Below are positions 28,901 through 37,561 of a stretch of 64,000 nt of DNA, one piece after another. Under the pieces are notes generated by a model that saw only the letters and a program-made list of their open reading frames with translations, did not search any database and had not been told where the DNA came from. The position numbers and the translations under genes were made by a program. The DNA is from an uncultured marine group III euryarchaeote. GTDB lineage: Archaea > Thermoplasmatota > Poseidoniia > MGIII > CG-Epi1. How positions within the stretch are numbered: position 1 is the first letter of the stretch; each line of letters opens with the position of its first letter. The stretch covers positions 11,965 through 75,964 of the forward strand of contig CACOJW010000004.1 in NCBI GenBank assembly GCA_902627615.1, given 5' to 3'.

Positions 28901-28909
28901 ATATAAATA
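28901..28909 (+). promoter_or_regulatory. putative TATA box (atataaata) upstream of the S13-S4-S11-rpoD operon
   Basis: Strong TATA-like element preceded by a purine-rich BRE-like stretch (aaaagg), about 48 nt upstream of the S13 ATG. Confidence 0.3.
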
Positions 28910-28956
28910 GGGTCCTCGAGTGGCGCAAACTCTGGATTATATTCCTGAAAATAAAT

Positions 28957-29412
28957 ATGTCTGACGACCCAGATTTCAAGTATATTATTCGCATAGCTAA
29001 CTCAGACGTCTCTGGGGAAGAGCGTTTAGCTTATGCTTTAACTTCTATTAGAGGTATAGGTCTAAGAATTAGTAATGCTATTATTAACAAACTGGGCTTA
29101 GATTCTGAACGTTTAGCTGGAAAATTGTCTGATAAAGAGGTAGAAGATATTGAAAACGCCATAGGAAATATTAATGAATATGTACCAAAATGGCTCCTAA
29201 ATCGGCAAAATGATTACGATTCTGGGGAAGATCTACATCCTGTTAGTATCGATTTGAAAATGCTGCATGAAGATGATATAAACAGAATGAAGAAGGTCAA
29301 ATCCTATAAAGGAATAAGACACGCATCAGGCCATAAAGTTCGTGGACAACGAACTTACTCAAATGGTAGAAGAGGTTTGGCTCTAGGTGTTAGTAAGAGA
29401 AAAGGAGATTAG
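28957..29412 (+). CDS. rps13: 30S ribosomal protein S13 (uS13)
   Basis: IRIANSDVSGEERLAYALTSIRGIGLRISNAI is the classic archaeal S13 N-terminus. 151 aa. Confidence 0.9.
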   Translation: MSDDPDFKYIIRIANSDVSGEERLAYALTSIRGIGLRISNAIINKLGLDSERLAGKLSDKEVEDIENAIGNINEYVPKWLLNRQNDYDSGEDLHPVSIDLKMLHEDDINRMKKVKSYKGIRHASGHKVRGQRTYSNGRRGLALGVSKRKGD

Positions 29413-29418
29413 ATAATT

Positions 29419-30060
29419 ATGGGAGATCCAAAGTTTCCAAGTAAGCACTATAACACTCCGTCACACCCTTGGCAAAAAGTACGTATAGATGAGGAAAGAA
29501 CCTTAATTCACCAATACGGCCTTAAAAATAAAAGAGAAATTTGGAAAGCTAATACGAAAATTAGAAGTATGCGAAGGCAAGCCAGAAAGCTTACGGCTAG
29601 TTCTGGAGATGAACAGGCACAAAAAGAAAAAGGTCTTTTATTATCAAAACTCAATAGAATAGGGCTATTAGAACAAGATTCGGGTTTAGAAGATGTTCTT
29701 AGAATGACTGCTGAGAACATATTAGATAGAAGATTACAAACTCAAGTTTACTTACAAGGTTTAGCCTCTACAGCAAAGCAATCGAGACAACTTATCATCC
29801 ACGGGCATATTTCTGTTGATGGTGCCGTAACGAGAGTTCCTGGAATGATTGTAACTAGACTTCAAGAAAAGAGCATAGCTTATGCTTCTAGTTCTGCCTT
29901 GAATAGTGACTTGCACCCAGTTAGGCCTGGTGCTAAGCCAAACTACTCTGATGATGAATCTGAAGAAGAGGATTCTGAACAAAAGCCTAGTGAAAATGTA
30001 GAGGAACAAAAAGAAGTAGAAGATGTTAAAAAAGACGAAGATAAAGGAGAAGACAAATAA
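29419..30060 (+). CDS. rps4: 30S ribosomal protein S4 (uS4) with about 35-aa acidic C-terminal extension
   Basis: S4 N-terminal region and S4 RNA-binding domain ([20 protein letters not shown]), followed by [37 protein letters not shown]. Confidence 0.85.
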   Translation: MGDPKFPSKHYNTPSHPWQKVRIDEERTLIHQYGLKNKREIWKANTKIRSMRRQARKLTASSGDEQAQKEKGLLLSKLNRIGLLEQDSGLEDVLRMTAENILDRRLQTQVYLQGLASTAKQSRQLIIHGHISVDGAVTRVPGMIVTRLQEKSIAYASSSALNSDLHPVRPGAKPNYSDDESEEEDSEQKPSENVEEQKEVEDVKKDEDKGEDK

Positions 30061-30443
30061 TGGATAAATGGGCTGTGGCACACATTTTTGCCTCGCATAA
30101 TAACATCATAATTACAGTTACTGATTCAACTGGTGCAGAAACAATCGCAAAATCTTCTGGAGGAATGGTTGTTAGATCACAGCGTGAAGAATCAAGACCA
30201 CATGCTGCAATGTTAGCTGCAAGTGAGGTTGCTGAAACTCTAAAGGAAAAGGGCATTGAGAATGTTCATGTTAAGTTAAGAGGTGCTGGAGGTAAAAGAA
30301 GCGGCAATCCAGGACCTGGAGCTCAAGCCGCAATAAGAACGCTGGCAAGAGCGGGCGTAATAATCACAAGAATTGATGATGTAACTCCTATTCCTCACGA
30401 TGGTGGAAGAGCGAAGGGCGGAAGAAGAGGTAGGAGAGTCTAA
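30060..30443 (+). CDS. rps11: 30S ribosomal protein S11 (uS11)
   Basis: [20 protein letters not shown]... and the arginine-rich C-terminal end typical of S11. ATGA-type coupling to S4. Confidence 0.9.
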   Translation: MDKWAVAHIFASHNNIIITVTDSTGAETIAKSSGGMVVRSQREESRPHAAMLAASEVAETLKEKGIENVHVKLRGAGGKRSGNPGPGAQAAIRTLARAGVIITRIDDVTPIPHDGGRAKGGRRGRRV

Positions 30444-31300
30444 TGAAAATTAAAATCTTAGAAATGAATGATTACTCTGCGCAGATTGAATTTAAAGACG
30501 TAAATTATTCTTTTGTTAACTCTATAAGAAGATCATTGGTTTCAATGGTACCTTGTTTAGCATTACATGAAATTGACTTCCACATGGGATCATTAGGTTC
30601 GTATGTAGATGAAGAGAGTGGCGACGAAAGAGAATATGAATCTATCAGTGCTATGTTCAACGAAATCGTTGCACATCGAATTGGAATGCTACCGATACCT
30701 ACTGATGAAAAAACAATCGAAGCTTTTGGAGAATCAATAGGTGATGATAGTAAACAACCGGATATCATGTATTCTTTACACAAACAGGGCCCTTGCACTG
30801 TCTACTCTGGCGATTTAGAACCAGTTAGTGGAGATAGCTCATTAGTTATTCCTGAAACAAATGTGCCTCTCGTCAAATTGGCTAGAGGTCAGGCAATTTT
30901 AGTCTATGCCAAAGCAAAGTTTGGAACTGCAAGACAGCACACAAAATGGCAATGTGCAGTGGCTCCAAGATTCTACCAAGCACCCACGATTTCAGTTTCT
31001 TCCAGTAAAGCATCTAAAACAGTATTCAATATTGTAGATAAGAAGAATTTCAAGAAAAAAGGCAATAAACATGTTATTGATAATCCTGTAGAAGCATATG
31101 AAGCTATAAGAAAAATTGAACAATTATGGAATAATGAAGATGCGAAAAACTCTATTGAAATCAGTAGAAAGAAAGACCATTTTATTTTTGAATTTGAAAC
31201 CAACGGAGCTATGACTGCTAAGTTAGCGCTTGAACAAGCTCTTAAGGCACTTAATGGACATTGCAACGAGTTTGCGTCCGCAATAGACGCAACCGCATAA
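30443..31300 (+). CDS. rpoD: DNA-directed RNA polymerase subunit D (Rpo3)
   Basis: N-terminus [40 protein letters not shown] matches the Rpo3/RpoD dimerisation domain. Conserved position after S11. Confidence 0.85.
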   Translation: MKIKILEMNDYSAQIEFKDVNYSFVNSIRRSLVSMVPCLALHEIDFHMGSLGSYVDEESGDEREYESISAMFNEIVAHRIGMLPIPTDEKTIEAFGESIGDDSKQPDIMYSLHKQGPCTVYSGDLEPVSGDSSLVIPETNVPLVKLARGQAILVYAKAKFGTARQHTKWQCAVAPRFYQAPTISVSSSKASKTVFNIVDKKNFKKKGNKHVIDNPVEAYEAIRKIEQLWNNEDAKNSIEISRKKDHFIFEFETNGAMTAKLALEQALKALNGHCNEFASAIDATA

Positions 31301-31303
31301 ACT

Positions 31304-31390
31304 GCGGGGGTCGCATAGCCAGGCCAATTGCGCTAGGTTGAGGGCCTAGTCCTTAGTGGTGCGTGGGTTCAAATCCCACCCCCCGCACCA
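31304..31390 (+). tRNA. tRNA-Leu (anticodon GAG), class II with long variable arm, encoded CCA
   Basis: Hand-folded. Acceptor gcggggg/cccccgc; 3-bp D-stem; anticodon stem ctagg/cctag with loop ttGAGgg; long variable arm; T-arm gtggg-ttcaaat-cccac; discriminator A plus CCA. Confidence 0.8.
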
Positions 31391-31391
31391 T

Positions 31392-33170
31392 TTATTCTAA
31401 TACTATTTCTATCCCGTAGGAATTAACTTTCTCGAAACCACCGCTTGGAAGTAATTTCTCTATGCTTGATAAATCTTCAGAAAATACATTTGCAAGCTTT
31501 TTTGATACTGTTTTTCTATCGATAAAACCTGGTTTGAAAACTATATATCTTTTAGATTTACCCACAAATGATTCAACAGGACCTCCCATTAACTTCTCGT
31601 TGCCTTCGTACTCAATAAAGCCTATGGCTAACATAATTTCCAAATTTTTATGCCAATTTCTTTTACCCCTAATGACAAAAGCCCCTTTTGCCAAAAATTC
31701 TCCGGTATTAGGTGTTTTAGATACACTTTCTTTCTCCACCCAAAATGAATGCCCACTAGCAACTCTGGCACCCCATGCTTTACTGTAAGCTAAACTAAAG
31801 CTGGAAGCTTCTTTCATAGATATCTCTGAAGGTGATAAACCTTGCTCACTTTTTACAACGACACTTGGAGCTCCGTGAATGTCTGCATGAGCATATCTGT
31901 CATTCGCCTTCAGATATTTTTTAACTACTTGCTCATTACTTTTTGCATCTTTACCTGCTAAAGCAATATTCCCTTCTGAAGTAATAAACCACCGATATTT
32001 TTCAAACCAGTCTAACTTTTTCTGCTTTACTACCTTAGGAGATCTTGGCCTAGGTTTTTCCCGGAGTATTTCTTTTGTCCTACTAGCCTTTCTTTCACTC
32101 TCTTTAGCTTTATCGAAGTATAGTGAAGCGTTAGATTGTGCAGTTTTTGATGTTAATAATTTGATTTCCGTACCATTTATCTTCAATAATACCTCATCAT
32201 CATCACCAACTAAAGATTGCTCAACAGCAACGATGTTTGAAAAAATTAAATCGCCTATCCTTCTAAATTCCTTAGCTTCTTCTAAATATTTATCAATAGC
32301 TTCTTTCTGCTTATTTATTCTTATATCATCCTTATTTTTAACAATTTTTTCGGGAACCTCAATCTGATTGATATAAGATTCGATTGCTAAATCAAGCGTT
32401 GCAAACTTAGGCCCTTTAGTTAAATTGGATAAATTATAGGATGATACTGTGAAATTTCTTCCATCATCATCAAGAAATATCGTGGGTTCAATTTTATCAT
32501 TAAGAACCTTATTTATCTCTTCAAAAATAACTTCAATCTGCATTTTTGATATTTTAGAATTCGGATCCAAATCTAAATTATGACAAACTAAATTAGCTAA
32601 TTCACCTCCTAAATTGCAATCTATAGTTAAACTAGCTGCCAAATTTCTATCAGATTTTAATAATTTTTCTTCATAGCCTCTAAATTCTGAATTGAAAGGA
32701 TTGAAACCTGGTGGTGAAATATATTTTTCTTTAGGTACAAGATTACGGTGTCGAAATTTTTGCTGGCGCATGACCATGACAATATCATCTCCGTCGCAAA
32801 GTATTGCATTTCCTTTGTGGAAAAATTCAAATATTAATTTAGTTTTTTCATCTCTACGTGAAAAAATAAATGATATAATTCTATCGCCGTTTAATTGCTC
32901 TATTGCTTCTAGACGACTTTTCTTAATTTGACTTCTTACTTGATTAACGAAAGCACCTTGATTAGATTCAGTTGATAATGAAGCCTTTGTCAAATAAGCC
33001 CAACCATCTAAATCTAAAACTAATCTTATTGTGCCTAAATCTCTATTTCTAAGTTTTAATATTAATTTATTAGAATTCGGCCTGCCGAACTGATCTAAAC
33101 GAGAGCCAACCAGAGGTTGCCACTCACGAACAAGCTCCCTAATATCTGAGCTCGTTAAGGCTTTTTTCAT
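31392..33170 (-). CDS. NFACT-family protein (RqcH/Tae2/FbpA homolog; ribosome quality control)
   Basis: 592 aa with N-terminal NFACT-N, a central coiled coil, and the NFACT-R (DUF814) signature WFITSEGNIALAGKDAKSNEQVV...AHADIHGAPSVVV. Confidence 0.65.
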   Translation of the reverse strand: MKKALTSSDIRELVREWQPLVGSRLDQFGRPNSNKLILKLRNRDLGTIRLVLDLDGWAYLTKASLSTESNQGAFVNQVRSQIKKSRLEAIEQLNGDRIISFIFSRRDEKTKLIFEFFHKGNAILCDGDDIVMVMRQQKFRHRNLVPKEKYISPPGFNPFNSEFRGYEEKLLKSDRNLAASLTIDCNLGGELANLVCHNLDLDPNSKISKMQIEVIFEEINKVLNDKIEPTIFLDDDGRNFTVSSYNLSNLTKGPKFATLDLAIESYINQIEVPEKIVKNKDDIRINKQKEAIDKYLEEAKEFRRIGDLIFSNIVAVEQSLVGDDDEVLLKINGTEIKLLTSKTAQSNASLYFDKAKESERKASRTKEILREKPRPRSPKVVKQKKLDWFEKYRWFITSEGNIALAGKDAKSNEQVVKKYLKANDRYAHADIHGAPSVVVKSEQGLSPSEISMKEASSFSLAYSKAWGARVASGHSFWVEKESVSKTPNTGEFLAKGAFVIRGKRNWHKNLEIMLAIGFIEYEGNEKLMGGPVESFVGKSKRYIVFKPGFIDRKTVSKKLANVFSEDLSSIEKLLPSGGFEKVNSYGIEIVLE

Positions 33171-33190
33171 TTACTAAATTATGACTTACT

Positions 33191-34591
33191 TTATTCTGAG
33201 TCTCTATTTCTATAGTAAGATGACAACATGACTGCCACAGCAATTGCTGAAATCAGAGCAAAGAAACCAACAAAGAACGAAGGAGCTGAAGACTTAGCCC
33301 TTATTACTTTGAAATATTGAGTTCCTTGATTGTTATCTTCATCTATTTCTTCAATCTTATCTGAAGGATCTACTTTAACAACTACAGACAATCCTACCTC
33401 ATTATCTTCATCATAAGCTCTTGCAGGCTGCCATTCTACAGGATCTAAAGAAACTTCTTGACCATGAGCTAAAGAATCAACTGTGATAACAGAACCTAGT
33501 TGAGCTCCATCAATGTAAATCTTTACCTCCACATTATTTGTTCTAGCTCCAGATGAATCAATCGTTCCACCATTATTCCTAACTTTTACATAAATTTTTA
33601 CAACCTGAGAATTATCGTTTGTATTAATCCATGCTGAATTGTGACTAAAGGTAATATCCGTGTTTAAAATTTCCAAATCTGGCTGAGGAATGAAAATGCT
33701 AATGCTACATCCTTGGTCTGCACCTCCATTTGCAGAGCTTGCAATGAATTCAACCGTGTATGTTCCAGGTCTAGCCTCTTCAGGAACTGCAACACTGAAT
33801 CTAGATTCAGCTGAAGATTCGCCAGCGCTACTACTAGTTCCTATCAGCACCTTACCATTTGATAATCCTGTATTAAGGACAAAACCTGTTGTTGGAGCGC
33901 CGGCGCTACTAGAAATTGTATTTGCAAATGTGTAACTATCATCTTCAAATCCAGTATTTGTAAGTGTATAATCCACAAATCCTGTCTCTCCCTGATAAAG
34001 TTGATTACCTCCTTCGGACAACTCAGTATCACATACTACTGTTGAAGAATATGCTGTGGCTGCTGTGATAGTCAAAGTTTTAACATTAGTTGTATTTCCA
34101 GATGCTGAAGCTGGATTACCGTCATTATTTTCACCAATACCACTATTTGTTCCACCATCGTACCATTTTGGATCTGGCTTACCGTAAATTTGTACTTCAT
34201 TTTGATCTCCTGAACTACAAACTGGCTCATCGCAAGTTACTGTGAAAGTAATTGATATAGCTCCTCCCTTGTCTATGCTAGCTATATTATTAGGCAAAGG
34301 ATCACCATTGGAATCTTTAAATGAAGAACCCCAAGCAGTTCCGCCCGGCCAGTTAGCAACCATGAAAACTTCCATTTGTCTATGACGTGTGTCTTTACTA
34401 TCTAGTTCCACCGTAAATGAGACAGACTGTCCTACCATTACTGTCTTTGAAGTTGCATCAACATCTAATACTACCTCACTATCTGCTGCATCCACGTTAG
34501 ATATGGCCATTGTAGCAACAAACATAGCAACTACAGCTACAGACATAACTGTGTTGCGAGAAACTGTTTTGGAAAACTTGGTTACTTCCAT
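33191..34591 (-). CDS. cell-surface protein with CARDB-like domain(s), N-terminal signal and C-terminal TM anchor
   Basis: N-terminal hydrophobic signal, Thr/Ser/Gly/Asn-rich beta-domains, a CARDB-like stretch (DLEILNTDITFSHN...VKVRNNGGTIDSSG), and a C-terminal TM (FFVGFFALISAIAVAVMLSSYY) with a short basic tail. Confidence 0.5.
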   Translation of the reverse strand: MEVTKFSKTVSRNTVMSVAVVAMFVATMAISNVDAADSEVVLDVDATSKTVMVGQSVSFTVELDSKDTRHRQMEVFMVANWPGGTAWGSSFKDSNGDPLPNNIASIDKGGAISITFTVTCDEPVCSSGDQNEVQIYGKPDPKWYDGGTNSGIGENNDGNPASASGNTTNVKTLTITAATAYSSTVVCDTELSEGGNQLYQGETGFVDYTLTNTGFEDDSYTFANTISSSAGAPTTGFVLNTGLSNGKVLIGTSSSAGESSAESRFSVAVPEEARPGTYTVEFIASSANGGADQGCSISIFIPQPDLEILNTDITFSHNSAWINTNDNSQVVKIYVKVRNNGGTIDSSGARTNNVEVKIYIDGAQLGSVITVDSLAHGQEVSLDPVEWQPARAYDEDNEVGLSVVVKVDPSDKIEEIDEDNNQGTQYFKVIRAKSSAPSFFVGFFALISAIAVAVMLSSYYRNRDSE

Positions 34592-34699
34592 TTTTTACTC
34601 CATTGTTCGATATGAACTAAATCCCTACAAAATTGGGTAATAAAAAGGCTTCCGATACCTCCAATCTTATTAACTATCGATTATAATGTATAGATTAAC

Positions 34700-35635
34700 A
34701 TGCAAATTAAAGACGACATAATGGATTTTTTAGGGATGTGGAATTCCGCTGAATTCGAACAATCTGTAATAAAAGGTGGGCAAATAATAATTTCTGGAAT
34801 GGGAGGTTCTGGAATAGGCGGACAAATATTATCATCTGTTAGTGATTCATACGGTTTTGCAAGCATCAGCTCTTGGAATAATTACAATTTACCAAAATGG
34901 GCAAATAAGAACTGCTCAGTGATTTGTGTCTCATACTCTGGCAATACTGCTGAAACTTTGTCTGCAGCTAAAGATGCCTTAGAGCTAGGTTGTAATCTTG
35001 AAGTTATCACTACTGGTGGAAAATTAAAAAAATTAGCTGAATTAAATAGTTTAAGTATTACAGAAATAGAAAAAGGCCATCAACCAAGGGCTGCGCTCCC
35101 TTTGCTCCTGAAAGCTTTGATCAGCCGTGTAGGATTACCTGATATAGATCGACAAATTAGGGAGGTAGGTGAGCTTACACTTCCTATTGATGAAGCTAGA
35201 AATATAGCTTCTCAAATAAAAGGAACAATACCTTGCATATACTCTAGTAACTTGATGAATCCTGTGGCATATAGGTGGAGATGTCAAATACAAGAAAATG
35301 CAAAACAATTGGCATTTAATCATCAAATACCTGAAATGAATCATAATGAAATCGTTGGTTGGACTTTACCTAATAGCCAGATGTCTGTGATTCTTATCCG
35401 AGATTCAAATGAGAACGAGCGAATTAAGAATAGATTTGATGCTACGAAGAACGTAGCCTGGAACGATATGAAAGTTATTGAATGCGTTACAAAGGGAAGA
35501 ACACCTCTAGCAAGAATAATGAGCATGATAATTTTAGGAGATTTAGTTTCACTCGAATTAGCAAACTTAAACAACGTTAATCCTACACCAGTTGAAGTTA
35601 TAGAAAATCTAAAGAAAGAATTAGGCGGAAAGTAA
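34700..35635 (+). CDS. bifunctional phosphoglucose/phosphomannose isomerase (archaeal SIS-domain PGI/PMI family)
   Basis: About 310 aa with a GMGGSGIGGQIL SIS motif; length matches the archaeal PGI/PMI family. Confidence 0.55.
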   Translation: MQIKDDIMDFLGMWNSAEFEQSVIKGGQIIISGMGGSGIGGQILSSVSDSYGFASISSWNNYNLPKWANKNCSVICVSYSGNTAETLSAAKDALELGCNLEVITTGGKLKKLAELNSLSITEIEKGHQPRAALPLLLKALISRVGLPDIDRQIREVGELTLPIDEARNIASQIKGTIPCIYSSNLMNPVAYRWRCQIQENAKQLAFNHQIPEMNHNEIVGWTLPNSQMSVILIRDSNENERIKNRFDATKNVAWNDMKVIECVTKGRTPLARIMSMIILGDLVSLELANLNNVNPTPVEVIENLKKELGGK

Positions 35636-36186
35636 TGAATTTAGAATCATACTCTATACTGGAGTCTATGTTCGTTGTTCTGCTAATTATGTCACCTGCA
35701 TATTTAGCAAACACGATTGCAGTTTTGACAGGCGGAAAATATCCTATTGATCAGGGGAAATTGCATAGTGATGGGAATAGAATATTGGGTGACGGAAAAA
35801 CTTGGAGTGGGCTAATTGGCGGCACTATTGGAGGAATGCTGGTAGGATATGGAGTAATCGTTTTTATTCATGAATACATTATGGAATCTCTGGACATTTC
35901 AATATTATTTCTCCTATCTTTTGGAGCTTTATTAGGAGACATAACTGCTTCTTTTTACAAAAGACGGCAGAACCTCCAAAGAGGTGATAAGTTTCCACTT
36001 TTAGATATGTATGATTTCATATTTATGTCACTTCTATTGTGCTTTATTTTTGAACGCGTGTGGCTCCTTTCATGGATTTTAGATGGATGGGTCCCTCTTT
36101 TCACAATACTCGTTCTCACTCCATTCCTACACAGAGGTGTGAATATTATTGGCTACAAAATAGGTGTAAAAAATGAACCTTGGTAA
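35635..36186 (+). CDS. carS: CDP-archaeol synthase (CDP-2,3-bis-O-geranylgeranyl-sn-glycerol synthase; DUF46)
   Basis: 183-aa polytopic membrane protein with PAYLANTIAVLTGGKYPIDQGK and GDGKTWSGLIGG motifs that I recall as conserved in CarS. Confidence 0.55.
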   Translation: MNLESYSILESMFVVLLIMSPAYLANTIAVLTGGKYPIDQGKLHSDGNRILGDGKTWSGLIGGTIGGMLVGYGVIVFIHEYIMESLDISILFLLSFGALLGDITASFYKRRQNLQRGDKFPLLDMYDFIFMSLLLCFIFERVWLLSWILDGWVPLFTILVLTPFLHRGVNIIGYKIGVKNEPW

Positions 36187-36474
36187 TTAATCTGTTTTTC
36201 TCAAGTTTTTAAGTTCTTTACCAATTTTATGAAGTAAATCCATTTTCTTGCCTTCATAAAACAAATTTATACTTCCCAACTCAGCAGACCAATTACTTGG
36301 ATGAGATTTAGAACTCTTCGTAACTTTGGTACCAATGATTTTAGTTATAGAATACAATTCATCCACATTTGGTTTCTTCACAGAAATGTTAATTGGAACC
36401 TTACGACCTTCTGATCTCTTTAAATTAAAATCGAAATATTCCGGATACAAGACTATAGGTTTATCAGACATCAA
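36187..36474 (-). CDS. srp19: signal recognition particle protein SRP19
   Basis: 95 aa; the motif LYPEYFDFNLKRSEGRKVP matches the SRP19 N-terminal consensus. Confidence 0.7.
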   Translation of the reverse strand: MMSDKPIVLYPEYFDFNLKRSEGRKVPINISVKKPNVDELYSITKIIGTKVTKSSKSHPSNWSAELGSINLFYEGKKMDLLHKIGKELKNLRKTD

Positions 36475-36475
36475 T

Positions 36476-36854
36476 CTAAATTAAAACTGCATTAACTACA
36501 CCATGCTGACCTGGCCGTGAAGTTACTTTTGCTTTACCTTTCTCAGTTTCAATTACAGAACCTTTAGTAATTATATTCTGTCTTACATAGTTAGGATTAG
36601 CTGCATTCTCTACAACTTCCAAAATCTTTGAGCTAAAACTTTTTCCAGATTTTGGATCTGTAACGGAGACTACTTCTGTTCTTAACAGCCTATCTTTTCT
36701 TCCGCCTCCTCTTGCTCTAGCAACCTTTTTTGTTAATTCCCCTATTTTGGCTTGTTGCAATTCTCTTCCAATTTCATATCTTTTCTTGCTTCTGCTAGAA
36801 GCTAAACGCCCCCCCCGTGGACTTTCGCTTGGATTTTCCTTGCCATAATGCCAT
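36476..36854 (-). CDS. rps8e: 30S ribosomal protein S8e, disrupted by a +1 frameshift in a C8/G8 homopolymer (36809-36816)
   Basis: From ATG at 36854 the minus strand reads MALWQGKSKRKSTGG, then an in-frame stop. The next frame continues RLASSRSKKRYEIGRELQQAKIGELTKKVARARGGGRKDR...SRPGQHGVVNAVLI. Joined, this is a full-length S8e (about 125 aa). Seven Gs instead of eight would restore the frame. Confidence 0.65.
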
Positions 36855-36961
36855 ATTTACGAAGTGCGCGACAAGGGGATTGTATTTAAGATTTGAGATA
36901 TTTAATAAATGAAGAAAAGTATAGGTAATCTTAAATATTAACAAGAAAACCCGAGAATACT

Positions 36962-37561
36962 ATGTCATTAGAAAAAATGGCTGAAAAAGCAGTTAGTTTG
37001 AGAGAAAAGGGACATGCTAATAGAGAAATTAGCCAAGAAATGCACCTTTCTGAAGCGACAGTTGAATGGTTACTTGCAAAAAAAGCCTCAGAAGACTTTA
37101 ACGAAGCACTTCCTCCTGATGTCAAAGTTGGATGGAGAACTATAGGTGTTTCGGGTTCAAGAATAAATTCTATCGCTGAAATAATGGCCGATGTTATTTT
37201 AGAAGAACAAGAAAAAAATGAATTTGAATTGGATATGATTGCAGGAATAACACATAATGGAATACCATTAGCTACAAATATTTCTGATTTACTAGGATTA
37301 GATTTCGGTATGATTAGACCCAGTAGAGACGGTACAGAAACTAATTATGCATCGAATTATGCTGGACTTGATGGGAAAAATGTTGTCATAGTTGATGATG
37401 TGGTAAGTACTGGCGCAACAACAAGAGAGGCAATCGATTTTGTAAGGAAACAAAATGCAAACCCTGTTTTAGTAATAGTTTTAATTAACAAAAAAGCTGA
37501 TGATAATTTAGAAGGTGTACCTTTAAGGGCTTTAATTAGAGCGAGACCGGTAAGAAACTAA
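36962..37561 (+). CDS. GfcR-like transcriptional regulator (N-terminal HTH fused to phosphoribosyltransferase-like domain)
   Basis: N-terminal HTH (LREKGHANREISQEMHLSEATVEWLL) plus a C-terminal PRTase PRPP-binding motif (VVIVDDVVSTGATT). About 200 aa, as in haloarchaeal GfcR/PyrE2-like regulators. Confidence 0.5.
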   Translation: MSLEKMAEKAVSLREKGHANREISQEMHLSEATVEWLLAKKASEDFNEALPPDVKVGWRTIGVSGSRINSIAEIMADVILEEQEKNEFELDMIAGITHNGIPLATNISDLLGLDFGMIRPSRDGTETNYASNYAGLDGKNVVIVDDVVSTGATTREAIDFVRKQNANPVLVIVLINKKADDNLEGVPLRALIRARPVRN

